Source: Schizochytrium sp. TIO01 (Eukaryota > Protista > Bigyra: Labyrinthulomycetes). Taken from it: a stretch of DNA of 64,000 nucleotides. Of this stretch, positions 33,299 through 46,731 are shown one piece after another (positions within the stretch are counted from its first letter, which is position 1; each line of letters opens with the position of its first letter). The DNA is taken from NCBI GenBank assembly GCA_004764695.1, contig SMSO01000014.1, forward strand, positions 1,917,648-1,981,647. The letters run 5' to 3'. Position numbers and translations under genes: made by a program. Below the pieces are notes generated by a model. The model saw nothing but the letters and a program-made list of their open reading frames with translations. It was not told the DNA's origin and did not search any database.

Positions 33299-36003
33299 AA
33301 GCTGGCTACGACCTGTAGGTACTACGTTATGCATTGAGGGCTCGGAGGGCGCAATTTTTGGTTTCCTTCCTGCCTCCTTTCTCTTTGTCAACCAACTCCT
33401 TCGCAGAAGTCGTCCGTAGAAGAAGTAGGTACGATTGTGTAAACTCAAAGTGATAAACACATTCACGGCGCCAGCGAGTGCTTTCGGATGCAGGAGTTGC
33501 GACGGCCCGCCGCGCCTTCTTTGCGAAAAAGACCGCCATTTAGAGCCCCGCCGGTGCCAGCACGGGTTCTGAGGGCCAAGAGAAGAGGTCTGGATTGAAA
33601 GTTGAATTGATTGAAAGTTGTTGTGTAATGAATGCTGAGAACGAGCGCGGCGCCAGCTCGCAGCCCGCGGCCCATGGCCCACAAGAAACCACTGCAAAAC
33701 CTTCTTCGGACAAAGCTCTCTTGCCTCAGCTTGCTTGAGCTTGCTTGAGCTTTCTCCGCTGTACCTCCGTCCTGGGCTCGCACGCTAGCTTCTCCTGCCG
33801 TAGTGAGCTTGATTGAAGGAAAGAGCGCCTGGGACGAAAGACGGCGTCCGGTTTCTAAAGCTGGTTTTTGCTTGCTGTGATCGATCGATTCATTGATTGA
33901 TCGATCGATTCACTGATTCTGTATTCATGATGACCTTCGAGTCTACCATCTCCTCTTCCCGGCTGCGAACTCGGTACCTCGAGCACGAGCAATGTGTTGT
34001 ATCGCCGCGGTGCACCCGAGATTGTGCAGGAGGATCCTACGAAATTCAAGACTCGAGGAAATGATGACACCAGGAGAGTGAGACCTTCGCAGCAGAGTCC
34101 TGAGGAGCACAGCCTGCATACAGACAGACAGACAGACAGTCAGTCAGTCAGTCGCTTATAAAACCGACCGCGGAGCCGCCATCGCCGGCGCCAAGGCTCC
34201 GCGCATGCACGCTCTCCGCGTTGATGCGCAAGGAATTTGAATTTGCAAATTTGAATTTGCCCTATGTGATGTAATCTCACTTTGCCTTTACGGGCCATTC
34301 TCGACGATGCTGGTAGAAGAAGAGGAAGCTAGCTGGCGGGCTACCAGTCACATACCCCTGGCTAGCAGCAAGTTGGTACTTGAGTTCTGCGTAGCGAAGG
34401 ATACTTACTACTTGAGACAGAGGGAGGGAGGGCCCTCTCTAGGAGTAGGTGGTAGGCACCGTACAGTAGGACTGACGTAGTGCTGCCTACTGGCTAGCTA
34501 CCTGATGAGGAGGACACTCTCACTGCCGTGTTTCTCCCCCCTTTTCCTTCCTTCCTTCCTGTGGAGCATCGTCATGTGCTGAGAATCGCGAATGATAGAA
34601 CGAAGGAATGAATTCACGAATCGAGGATGAATAGATCGCGAATGGATGATGAATCTATGAACGCAACAGGCAGGTAAATCTATCTAGCCAGCTAGCTAGG
34701 CAGGAAGCGAGAGAAGGGTAGAAGGCGGTTCGAGAAAGTTTGGCGTTGACAGCTGCTGACTGATTAGTTGGAGTTGAAAACGTGATCGAAACCGCCCATT
34801 TTCATAGCGCTGCTCCTCAGAGCCCCTCTGCGGTTCATGCTACGAGCGACAGCGGACACGGAAAGAAGAGAACTGGGTTTTCTCTCTCGGCGCCTTCCAG
34901 ATGTTAAAGTCTTTTCGAGCTTGGCCTTCCAAAAGAGGCTATCTTCGCCAACGATTGGAGGTTAGGTACCTCCATTTCTTAGAGCTCAAGTTGTTTCTTT
35001 GTTTTCTTCAGCACAAGGATATATATAGTATTGGGAAGATGGGTGAGTTAGCTTTCTTTGTAAGTTTTACTTTCTTTACATTTATCTATACTTTCTATTT
35101 TAATTAAAAACATTTTTATTTTATAAATAGTAAACTGCTTGTTAGTTAGTTTGTTTGTTCTATGACTACGTTTGGCCTTTTACAGAAAGAAACAAAGAAA
35201 CAAAGAAACAAAGAAACAAAGAAAGAAAGACGGTGAAAGTGGAGTATGCCCTGATACTCATATGAGTTAGTTAGTACCTGCCACCTCCTCTTTGAAGGGT
35301 CTTCCAACGACACGAACAGACGAGGACAAAGCATCGAAGCGAATCTCAGAGAGAGAAGAAGAAGGAAAGAGGAGACTTACTTTGTCGGACGGAGGCTTCT
35401 CAACAACATTATCAAAGCAGAGAATCCTCGAAACCTCTGCTTTCGAAAGTCAACGCAGTTACAGGAAATCTCTTGCAAAGTTTGCGAAACTTGCGCTTTC
35501 GATGCGGGTTCGCTCTCGAAGACGATTCTTCAAAGATCGCCATGTCCTTCCTTGGATTGCGAAGACCTCAGGAGACCCCGGAAGCGTCAGCTCTGATGTT
35601 GGATGCGGTGCATGCAAACAGAGGGCCCAATGGCAACTGGAGCAGCGAAGAGTGAATTAGAAGAGCGCCGTCGAGGTCTACCCGCCAAAACGAGGCTGAT
35701 TCTTCTTCTTCTTCGTTCACGAAAAGAGGTAAATTACAAGCGAAGCCACGCACCTCGACTGCAAACCACAAGAGAAGACTCCGTCTGCGTTTTATGGGCT
35801 GGCTTAAGCCTGAACTCAAATGGGAAACAGCGCTCTCCAGAAGAACCGCGCGTCAGAAACTGATATGATGAAGATGCACAAACCATGAATGAGGCAAGGA
35901 AGGACCAACGTCGAAAGCGAGGCGGTCCTAGGCATCTGGCTACGAGTCGGCTAGCTGGATAAACTACTGATGGACCACCATGTCGATGAGCGATAGAAGG
36001 TAC

Positions 36004-36027
36004 ATAGATAGAAGATAGATAGATAGT

Positions 36028-36065
<38 letters not shown>

Positions 36066-36092
36066 TACAAACAGAGAGACAGACAGACAGAC
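36004..36092. repeat. (AGAT)n grading into (AGAC)n microsatellite
   Basis: Read directly from the sequence. Confidence 0.93.
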
Positions 36093-36350
36093 TATAGACA
36101 CTTGTTTTTAGGTATACTTCTCTTAATAGGTACTGCAGTTTATAGCATAGTAGTCAAAACCTCAAGAGAGGAGGAAAACACGCCTCTGGCGGTCTTTAAG
36201 GAAGATGCTACCTCTACCACATTCGCGTTTCTTCCGTGAGATTTAGCTTTGCAACTATAAGAAAAGAAAAACAGATTAAACACTTTTGGTTAAAGTAGAA
36301 GTGAAGATTTTCACTTCCGTATTTTGTTTCTTTTTATTCATTGATAATAA

Positions 36351-36450
<100 letters not shown>

Positions 36451-36950
36451 GAGGGATGCCTATTTCTTTTAATTTAAAAATAGATAAAACCATTTTTATT
36501 TTATTTTGTTTTAAAAGTGAAAATAATTTTTAAAGAAGTAAGTGTTTTTGTTTTTATTTAAATGGAAGAATTAAGGACTCTTTTTTGAAATGAAAAGACA
36601 ACATTCTATACTTTAAAGATAGTATTAGATAAAGTCTATTTTTGTAATGCTTTCTTTTCCTTCTTCTTTGTAAATGTTGATGATCTGTTTGGTTATGCGA
36701 GTTGTCGCAGGGACACATGGAGTGAAGGCCGAGCAGAACAGTGAATTCGATAAAATGGCAAGAAGCGACTGCAATAATGTAATCAAAAGCAGAGACTTAG
36801 TTTCCAGATATACCTACCACGTGTCAATGATTACAAGAATCATGAAAATAGGACCATCGACGGCGCAATGCACTTGCACTTCGAAGAAGGACCAGAGCCT
36901 GGTCTCCCGTTCCGTTTCAGCCAGGGCAATAAGCTCGACATCTGCCTCTT

Positions 36951-37046
36951 ACAAACAAACAAGCAAACAAACAAACAAACAAACAAACCAAACCAAACCA
37001 AACAAACAAACCAAACCAAACAAACAAACCAAACCAAACCAAACAA
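36951..37046. repeat. Compound (AAAC)n/(AAACC)n microsatellite
   Basis: Read directly from the sequence. Confidence 0.92.
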
Positions 37047-40000
37047 GGTTTCCTGGAGAACTCGCCACGTTGAAGATACAGTGACTCAATAAACTATTAT
37101 TATCTTCTCCATCCGGAAATAGCAATAACAATCATCGCCCTTCTTCAGACTCGCTTTCACTATCTGCATTTACAAAGTCAAGATTGGGCTCTCTGAATAG
37201 GTCCACGATCATTCGCGAGCAAGATCCGCTCTTGCTGCTGCTGCTTGAGAAGGAGGAGAAGGAGTCGTACAGCGCTTTGGTCAGCGCTGGTCTGAAAAGA
37301 CAGTAGGCAGTATGTATGAATATCCAAAAGCAAACCTTGAATGCTTGAGTGGGTGAGTCAAATGATCTCTGTCTGACCCGCGAAGATGGAAAAAGAATTC
37401 TGCGCAACCCGGAGAGACTTTACTTTTGGATTTGACATCAACTTTGTGCCGAGCCTTTCCAAAGTTTAGACAGACAAACACGCGGCCTCGACCGACCAAG
37501 TGGCTGCACGCGAACACCGTGACAGCTATTGCATGCCCTAGGTTGATCTAGGTCGCAGAAGAGGACCTCTCACAGCTACGATATGTGTGTGCTCCAAACA
37601 GGATAGAACGGAGGCAGTAATCTTGACTGGGCTGGCAAAGTTTGCATCACTGAAGCACTGGGAGCTCTCGTATCGGAGAACCGAGCAATCGATGCCAATA
37701 GTGGGTGTTCAACGCGCGAAACCCGGCCACCCACCTGAGGTCTCATGAATTAGAGGTCTTTATTCTTGCCGCGTGCTCGAGGTTCAATGACTGTCACGTG
37801 CAGGAACTTTTGAGACGCAAGCAAGCAAGTAACGGAGCACACACGTACACCCTCGTTCACTGTGATATCTTGAAGTTCATCACCATCACCATCACAGGAT
37901 CATTGAATGCCTGAAGAAGAGAATCATGCTAGTAGGTGTAAATTGCTCGCTTGCTTGCTTTCGATAAAATACTCTGGAGTCCTGACGGCGAGCAGGACGA
38001 TGGTGAGTGCTGATTGACCATAATGTTGATTGTGACGGCCATAAATTTGCCTTGTTTTGAGGAGAGAATTTGAAGACCAAAATATGATTTAGTATATTTG
38101 TGCTTTTGACAAGTTCTTCGTGAACGCTGTTATGCATACCAATGCGAAGAGAGGGGGTCAGTTCTTTGCGTAATGATTGAGAATGGTGCTGATGATGGTG
38201 ACGCAACGAATTAAATAAGAAGAATAGAAATCCTCTCTCGATTTAAGAAATATTTTCTTGATCAGTGCTAGGAAAAATGAAAACAAAACCATTGAAAAGC
38301 TTGTTAAAACAAGAGGATTCCTTTTGTTGGTCTTAGCTCAAATTAGAGCATCGTTTCGTTGAGGATTGATTTATAGACAGTCTCCAAGTTCTCTAGAATT
38401 TACCTAAATTTCAATTATGTTTTATTGGCTTGCTTGTTTTTTTGTTTTTTTTTAATTTGCTTTATTCATGGTCACTAGCAATAATGAAGTGCCCGTCTTG
38501 GAGAGACAACGTTCACTTTAATTTATTTTTGAAATAGTATTCATCATGCTGATTTAAATGGAAGCTCCGGTCCAAGTTGTTTGCTCTTTCTTGGGCAATA
38601 ACGAATTTTCTTACATTTTATTCCTATTAAACCTGAGTGACAGATAGAGTATCGTATCAGAAAGCCTTGGTTTTAATTGAAAATTTGATGATGATAACAA
38701 CACTATCTCAGACAATGAACGAAATGAATCAAATCATCGCTGCAACCGATGGAAGCATAGAGTAAAAATATTTTCTTCTCATGAACAGGGTGACTCTCTT
38801 TGAGTGTTCGAAAGTAGCAACAGAAGAACTGCTTTCTATTGGAGGTGCCAATCAGTAATGATGAAACAAAGTTTTTGGAAAAGGAAAAATAAAAAAGGAA
38901 AAAGCCTGAGAGAAGAACAAGCTAATGCAACTTTTGCTTTTACCTTTTTTACAATTTAGCAAATTATACAATGTGCTTTTGCAGCAACGAAGTAGAGCTA
39001 ACCTTGTTGCGGGCGGCGAGCGAGGGAAAGACTAGGTACAAGCGCTAGAGCAGTACCATCTATACCTTCCCTCGTTCGGCTCGGCGTCTTTTTTAAAGTA
39101 TAACTTTCAGAAATAAGTTCGCAAAGATCGCCTCTTGAGACGGCTCCTTTCCTTTACTTGACTCCAACGTTTAATTTGAGCAAATTCGTTGATACTTTCA
39201 ACAGCAATCAATATTTCATCTCGTGGAAAACAAACTTCGTGTGTTTGCTCGAGCGAGCTATCCAAGTTCTCCGTCGTTCGGGCAATGTTAAGCATCGGTG
39301 TGCTTCGTAACTCAATTCCAAGCACAAAGCCCTTACCTGTTAAACTTGCATTTTGAAATAGGATCCAGGAACCTTCATATTTCTTTATCGTGAACCTAGG
39401 TCCAGCTCATCTATAAGAAAGAACTGATCGGCACATACTTTTTACCTCAAAGTGCAAGTGCACTAGATCTTATCTGTCTTGAACACTCGCTCTCACCGCA
39501 CATTGGGCAAGCGTAGGAAACTGCGCATGAACTATCACACTAGCAAGAACCTTACACCAGAAACATGCAGGCTTTAAAAGTAGCAATGATTGCAAGCACG
39601 CTATAGAATAGTTCAACTCCAAGATCTCTCTCGACAAAGAACAAACCCGAACTTCAAATCCAGAAACTACAACCTATGAAAAGGTGTGCGAACGTACTGT
39701 GGGATGATGGGGATAGGAGTACTCCTATGTATTGCATTCACACCGCGGCTTTCTTTCATGTAACACATATATATATTAAACTATAGGAATAGGTTCATTG
39801 AAGAACGATGATGACGACGGTGGTCATCGTTATACAATCTCATAATATATACCAGCAGCCTAATTCATCACTTTTTTTTTCTGAGAAAAAGAAAAGCGCC
39901 GCCTTTTCTTTTTGGTGTGGTGACAGCGTTGTTTTCCGGAGTTCCATATTTAATTGGGGCCGAGCAGGCGGAACCCGGGGTTCTGCGTTTTCTTCTTCAG

Positions 40001-42399
40001 AGTTCTGTCAGAACGGTGCACGCGCAATTTCATAACTTTCACGATGAAATAGATTGGGAAAACGACGAGAGGACTGAATGAGCATCAGCGTCGCGTTCCC
40101 TTGCACCCTGGGCGCGCCGGCTTTAGTTCGCGTGTAAAGTTGGCACTCCGCTGGAGCTCCGAGCGATTTTTTACTTCCTTCTGAGGGAGTCGTGGACTTG
40201 TAGCTGAGCCTGCTCTGGTTCCCAGGCCACCTCGACAGTAGATGTTACAACCGGAATGGGCGAACCTGGCGAAAGAAGTAATAGCCATACCTATAGAAGA
40301 AACTCCACAATTATCCGTAGACTATTCATAGCATGAAATGACAAGTACTGGCTGATAGTGTGCTAATTTTAGAATTACATCCTAATGAGCTCGTCAAAAG
40401 AAAAGCATGTTGCCAGCCAGAGCTGCGTCACCCTGAAAGTTTCTGGTTTGTCCTCATGTGCACGGGTTAGACGTTTTGTATTTGATTACGATTGTAATCC
40501 ACTGTAAAAGGTAAAAGGATGTTAAGCGTGGCGTCGTATAGTATGGAGAGAAGAGAACCGAATGAGAAAGAAGGGGAAAGGGTAACAGAAACCCGCTAGT
40601 GCGACGGTTGCATCGCATTATCAGAGTGCGCACTTCCCGGGTTTTAGAGCAGGATGGTGTTATTTTATATGTTTATATGTGTTTAAATTCTCGAAATTGT
40701 ATTTCATTAATTGCTTCCTTTCTGAGCTCTCTTTTCACAAACAAACTATGTAAATAATTGGCAAGCCTCTAACTTACTACGTTGACACCCCTTTTTTTTT
40801 TTCTTTTTTCTTTTTTTTAACGGTGTTATACACTAGTATGGTTTGTTGCAGATAAAACTTCCATATATATATTTGTTTTCATTCAAGTTGTGAAATGTGA
40901 GAAATCGTGTTATCAATTTTGGAGAAAGATTTTCTGGTCTACAGACCCGGCTCTTCATGCATACAATTTTCTTCAAAAATAAAGTCATGGAAGTAGCTTT
41001 TTGTTTGTTTGTTTGATAGTTTCCAAAAAGTAAAGGAACTGACTAGAACTGAGAGTAGATCTTCCTGCACCAGTATTGTTTTCGTCTCGTTCTTCACTCA
41101 CGTCCTTGTCTCATAAGCATCCTCGTTTACATATCTGATCATCAGAGGGATGCCCGCCTATCGATCTGGAAATTCGAAATTTCTTAAGGCAACCAGCTTT
41201 TAACAAATAGGATGACAAATTTACGAGCAAAAGGCCAAGTTTGCTCGTTTCATGTTTCATATCGCCCAGCATTTCAAAAGAAAACCATACAATTACTAGG
41301 ATTCACAACCGTAGTTTTTCAAAGTGAAATTGAGACATATTGTAAACTAGATCAGATCTCCATGCCGATTGTATTCTGCATCTGCAAATTAAAATTTTAA
41401 CTAGAACTCTATCTTTTCAACGACGTAATTTTTATTAGACAAGAGCAAAACATCATCTTCACCATGGCATCGCTATGAGTAAATAACTGTATCATCATCG
41501 GCTGTGATTTTAGCCGTTAAGCCTGAAATTTCATAATCTAAGCATCAGGGTAAAAGGGTCATATTAATGGTATCCAATACAGGCAATGAGCTTCTATTTG
41601 TAAGACGACTCCCTAAAAGGTTTTAACGTTCTTTCTATCTAAAGCTTTAGTGAAGTTTTAGCTCTACATTATATATACAATTAGATGCATGCAACCTACT
41701 CTTGCAATACAAAATAAAAATGTCATATGATATCATTTAATAATAATATTTTGCCTTCTCAACATGAAAACAAGTCAGGGAGCATAATCAAACTTTGAAA
41801 ACATAGTTCTTATTCTTTATCACAAGGCTATTAGATGATGTGATTGCTGCTCTTTTGCGACGGTAACAAATTAGCGAGAGCCTTCGAACACTCTATAAGA
41901 AATGCAACGACATGAATTATCCTTTATCTCCAGAGCTTATACTTACCTTTGCAAGTCTCAAAAAGCGGTAAGCTCGTCCTCGCGTTATTTTTGTTTCTTG
42001 AGTTTTCTTTCGGCACTCAACTTTGCCCTAATAACTTGATTTGTTTCTATTCGATAGCACTCAAAATCATAAAGTAGTAGAAGATAGAACCAAAATATAT
42101 GAACTAGAAAAGTAGACAAGGAAAATTAGAATTCATAGCTAAGTCCTCCAAAAGAAGTTCTAGAGGGTGGCTCTGAAAGGTATTTAGTGTCGTACACTCC
42201 ACATGATGAAAGTACTCTTTCACAGTTTGCAGATGCGTGTTGTCGAAGTCTCGGCTATGGCATCGAATAATTCTATAATGCTGAGAGCTCATTGATACAA
42301 CGATTATTGGCAGAGAAAGCTAAAATTCACAGGATTATCAATTTGTGAGTCTCAATTCTGAGTTCTAGTTCAAGGGCGCTGGTAACGTTGTGTCTCAAG

Positions 42400-44215
42400 T
42401 AGGTGAAAATGCAAATTCATGGTCAGGGCAATTGTTGCAAGCCAAGAAATTTGTTCTCAACACAATAACTCCGAACTAATACTCTCTTAACAGCACAATA
42501 CCCATATTATTCAACACCAGAACCAATTCGATTTCTATTGTATGCAACAACAGCAGTAGCAGTCACAGCAAAATGAACAGCACAATAAGCAGCAAAGTGA
42601 GCTGCACAGTGAGCTCCAGCGGGAAGTAAGGCTCCAGAAAATTGAGAAACCTTATTTCAAGTTTAACAAAGAAATCAAAAGATCCAGGAACTTGTTACAA
42701 AAATATTTGACAATTGTGCAAAGGGCGATCCCCCCAAAGAAGATACAACCGAACGACCCTTCACTCACATAGACACTTTTTAAAATAGACTTCGTGAAGT
42801 TAAAACTTTGAATGCTGACCTCCTGCAGCAGAAGATGAAAATTAAAGCAACGATGGAGACGGCAACGCTCGCAGCAACCAACTCCCCAGCAAAAACAGAA
42901 CTTCGGAACCTCTTAAAATGTTTTGCCCAGGCGAAGCTTCTTCTATCACTCTTCGCACAAGCCATATATGATGATACGAAACTGGAGGATCTCCTTCATA
43001 AAGTGCTTGAACACAGACTTTCATGAGACCGACAAAAAGCTTATGAAAGGATTCATTTTAAAACGTGAAAACAGGCGAGTGCAATTAACAACAACACAAA
43101 AAAATACAGCCAGTGCTAAGCTGAAGACCTTAATCAAATTAGGATATTTGTAGCACAATTGAAGATCAACTAGTACGCCTTCTGCCGTAGATGTTTCAAA
43201 AAGAAAACTTTCCAAATGAAATTCGAAAGCGCGAAGAATCAGCTTTGAAGAAAAATCTGAAGTAAAACCAATCTTTATAATCAATGAATGGAATAATAGC
43301 AACAACTGAGTTGGATGCTCATTTCAATCCCAACATCATTGTGATTGCAGGCACTGCCGCTGCTACCAAAGTATTAATTTCTCTAATCATTGACAGAAAC
43401 ATACATTACGAAAACTCAATTTCGGGACTAACCTCTGAGAAGTCAGCGGCTTGAACAGGAAGCACAGAATGCCATTGCTACCCAAGTGGAGAGAGATCGA
43501 ACAGGCTAATTTCACAGATACCTTTTAAGACACTCAGTGAGAATGCAAGTACCACTGGCGCAAAGTGTATGACATCGTGGTCAATAGGAGAGGTTAAGAG
43601 ACCCAGGCTCGTCATTATTCCAGCGTTGAGGCGATCAACCATAACCATATCTCCGTAGAAAGAACTTAAAAAAGAATGGTGCTTCGCCAGGTTGGGCTTT
43701 GATAATGTGGTTTTTGGTGATGCAGTCACGAATTCGTAAGCTAAAAGGCTCGACATGAGCATACCAGAGATGATTTCTAGAAAACTTGTTTTGATCGCTA
43801 TTCGAAGTAATAAGTTAGGGTGTTTGATCTCCAAGTGCATCATGAGAAGCAAACTGGATGGCACACATACTCCAGTTCCGAGGATGATCCACAATTGTCA
43901 TATGCGTCTGTGGAAGCACGCAGCAGTTGTGCTCTTGACAAAATCCCCAAAACGTACACAACAAGAATCAAGTACACGTGAGCTTTGTAGACCAGTGGTG
44001 ACGCTGTTTACTAACAGTAATCTACAAGAAATTTTTTCTTTATTGCACAGAACATCAACAGGGATAGTAGCGAACAGCAAACAAAATAAGTATGGCAACC
44101 TTGATGTTTGGGTAACGCCCTTGAAAACATGGATCTGCTCAATCAGCTATACACGCAGGGGTTTAAATAAAGCATATAGGAACTTCGCCATACATATGCA
44201 CATACTCCTTATTTT
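42400..44215 (-). pseudogene. Probable decayed gene for a multi-pass membrane protein
   Basis: One minus frame runs from about 44215 to 43195 (about 340 codons) with only about 6 stops and links track ORFs 43898-44098 and 43478-43894. It has several hydrophobic segments (LPYLFCLLFATIPV; LWIILGTGVCVPSSLLLMM; FLEIISGMLMSSLLAY; FAPVVLAFSLSVL; TLVAAAVPAITMMLGL). More hydrophobic segments follow in shifted frames downstream (LALAVFFCVVV; LVAASVAVSIVALIFIFCC). The region is microsatellite-free. No family recognised. Confidence 0.4.
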
Positions 44216-46731
44216 CTATCATCGTGAGATATATAGACCAGAAGCTTAAGAGCACCAGTTGTCGTGTCACTGACTATATCACATGACAATTCCAGATAGC
44301 AGCGACGCCCATCCTCCGTTGCAACCAAATAATGCATCGCAGTGCCGCATTTCCCATCATGTGCCTTCCATATTTGGAATAAGAATAAAAGGCATACATT
44401 GAGCGTGTCTCCTAATATTCTATCTGGCCTTAACTCATCCACCAGCCATGTGTGTTCTCTGCACCTTGCACGTCAAGTCTCGCCAACTTAAGTAACATAT
44501 CTCGTCCCCACCACCGCTTGCCCTCACCAGCCCCGCATCATCGTCCTCCAGGAGCCAAATTGGCCAGCAAAGCAGCAAAACTACATGGGAAGTCCTCCCC
44601 TTGTTCCTATAATTTTATATTGCTAGCTAGCTGTTAGCATCTCTTCCAACCAACCCAAAGGTTATGAATGCCTCATTGACCAACGTTTGATTTATCAAAC
44701 GCAACTCCGATTAAAAACTTGAAGGTCAGAGTAGAAGCCAGAAAATATGTTTACCCAGAGAGCGTCAGCGAGTATCTTGTCCACGGCTTGCTGACAAAAT
44801 CACCCGGCTTAGATCTTTTTCTGAGTAGAGAAGAAGCTGAGAAACTGACATTTCGTGAACCGTTCCGTCCAGCAGATCACATAGTCTCTTCTCTCTTTCA
44901 ATAGAGGTACTGTAGTATACAGATATCAATCGCACAGCCATCTCGTCGAAACAGGTTTTTGAAAAGGAAACATAAACGCGGTTTGAATGAAAAGGTAATC
45001 ACACATCACACAGAGCCTGCTTCAATTCACTTTTGTCATGACGCTGGCCTTCTCAGATTCACAGCTTTCTCAGAGCTAAACTCTTTGTCTTGTACTATGT
45101 TGCCACTAAATCAACTCTCTTTAGAATAAGGGACTCGCTCTCTGCCACTATTCCACGACATTGTGTACTTGCTACTCCTTGCCCCTAGCGAGTATCTAAT
45201 GTAAATACTAAGGACCCCTCAAAGTAAAACACTTCGACTTTCTTCCTTGAGCACTGTGAAAGTCCCAGTACTGAAATTAGGTACAGACCACCTCGGGACG
45301 TCCAGGGTTATTGTAGACGCTGATCTCACGCCGCGGCAAGTAGTCTCTGCGTCTTCAACCAGAGAAAGGTGCCACGTTGACACAGATAGTTGCAGAATAG
45401 ACCCCAAATTTCTAGTCGGGACTAAAGAGGCGGCCTCCCAAGCCCGCGAGGCCAGTCCAGTTGCGACTCGCGTCGCGTCGCGGTGCGAGGGCTTGGGTCC
45501 CTCTCCGCGCCCCGAGCACTGCAGGCCGCGTGCGGCATCCTTTGTTGTGGCTTTAGGGCCTACCTGTGTTCTCTCTTGGTGTTGACGGGGGCTGAGGCGT
45601 TGTGATCGAGAGGCATCGAGGAAGAAGGCATCGAATCGTTCCATTCGATTCCCTTTTCTTCCCGTCTTCTTTCCTCTTTCCTGCTCGACTCTTCTTCCGA
45701 GACTACGCCGCTCTGAGTGAGCGAGCGAGGCGTGGCGACGCTGCAGGCAAAGAACCGCAGCCGTCAGGGACGCCACGGGCTAGCCCGAAGGCGGCAGGAG
45801 CGGTGAGGAGTCCTCCAAGCCGCATATATTTCTTCTCTTTTCCTGCTCTTTCCTGTTTCGTTCTTTCTCTCTCTTTTCCTCCTCTTTCTTCTTTGTCTTT
45901 CTCTTATTACGGAATTCTTAGACTCCTCGAGTCTTCTTCTTCCGCTGCTATTACTGCTGTTTTTGAGGACGCCTTCTTGGCGTGGAGCGTGGGCTCGTTG
46001 GTGACGAACTCCACAGAATTTCTGCATCGATAGAAGAAGTGAATTGATTACTTGGAGTACTGATCAAGGAGCTTGATTAATCGAGGAATCAGCGAGCAAG
46101 AGTGAAGAACTCGGAGCCGACGAGGCCTTTCCAAGAAGGGTGATTCTTCTTTTAATATCTCTTGTACATTCTTAGGAAAGCAGCTACATCGAACCTTGGT
46201 TGAACTGTTACATCGAAGTGCTGAGTCACAAGTTTTGCTGTTGACATTGCTGAGCTGGTTAAGTAAGGAGATCTCGGGCTCTACCATTTTGGGAAAAAGG
46301 GATATTGGAGAACTTGGATAGTAAAAGGTTATTTGCAGCTTTTTTACATTGCCAAGCATTGCATCGGACAGTGCCTCCTGAGTAGCTTACCGCAAGACTG
46401 CTCGCATTGTCAGACAAGGCCCAACTACTGACTGAAAAGTTCGCTTCTTGTGAAGGAAGCGGAGTTCTCGGCGAAAGTATAGCTACGTGACAAATACCAC
46501 GAGGTGTAGCGTGGGAGAGGAACTTGACGCAGCTGAAGCGCAGGGTAAACTGTGCCAAAGGCAAGAAAAGCTCCTCGCAAGGGTATCCTCCAGTAGAACT
46601 TCTCGTTCTATTCACATCCTATCAGTTTGTCCCATATTAATCGTGCGGATCGTCTTACAGCAGGGGATTCTGTGCATACACATCCTAAACGTGCTAGTCT
46701 GGACATTTCTTGCCCTCACTAGTACTCAATT

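Noticed and set aside
38328-38400. TAGCTCAAATTAGAGCA resembling a tRNA D-arm
   Set aside because: No anticodon stem, no T-loop (GTTCRA) and no acceptor pairing.
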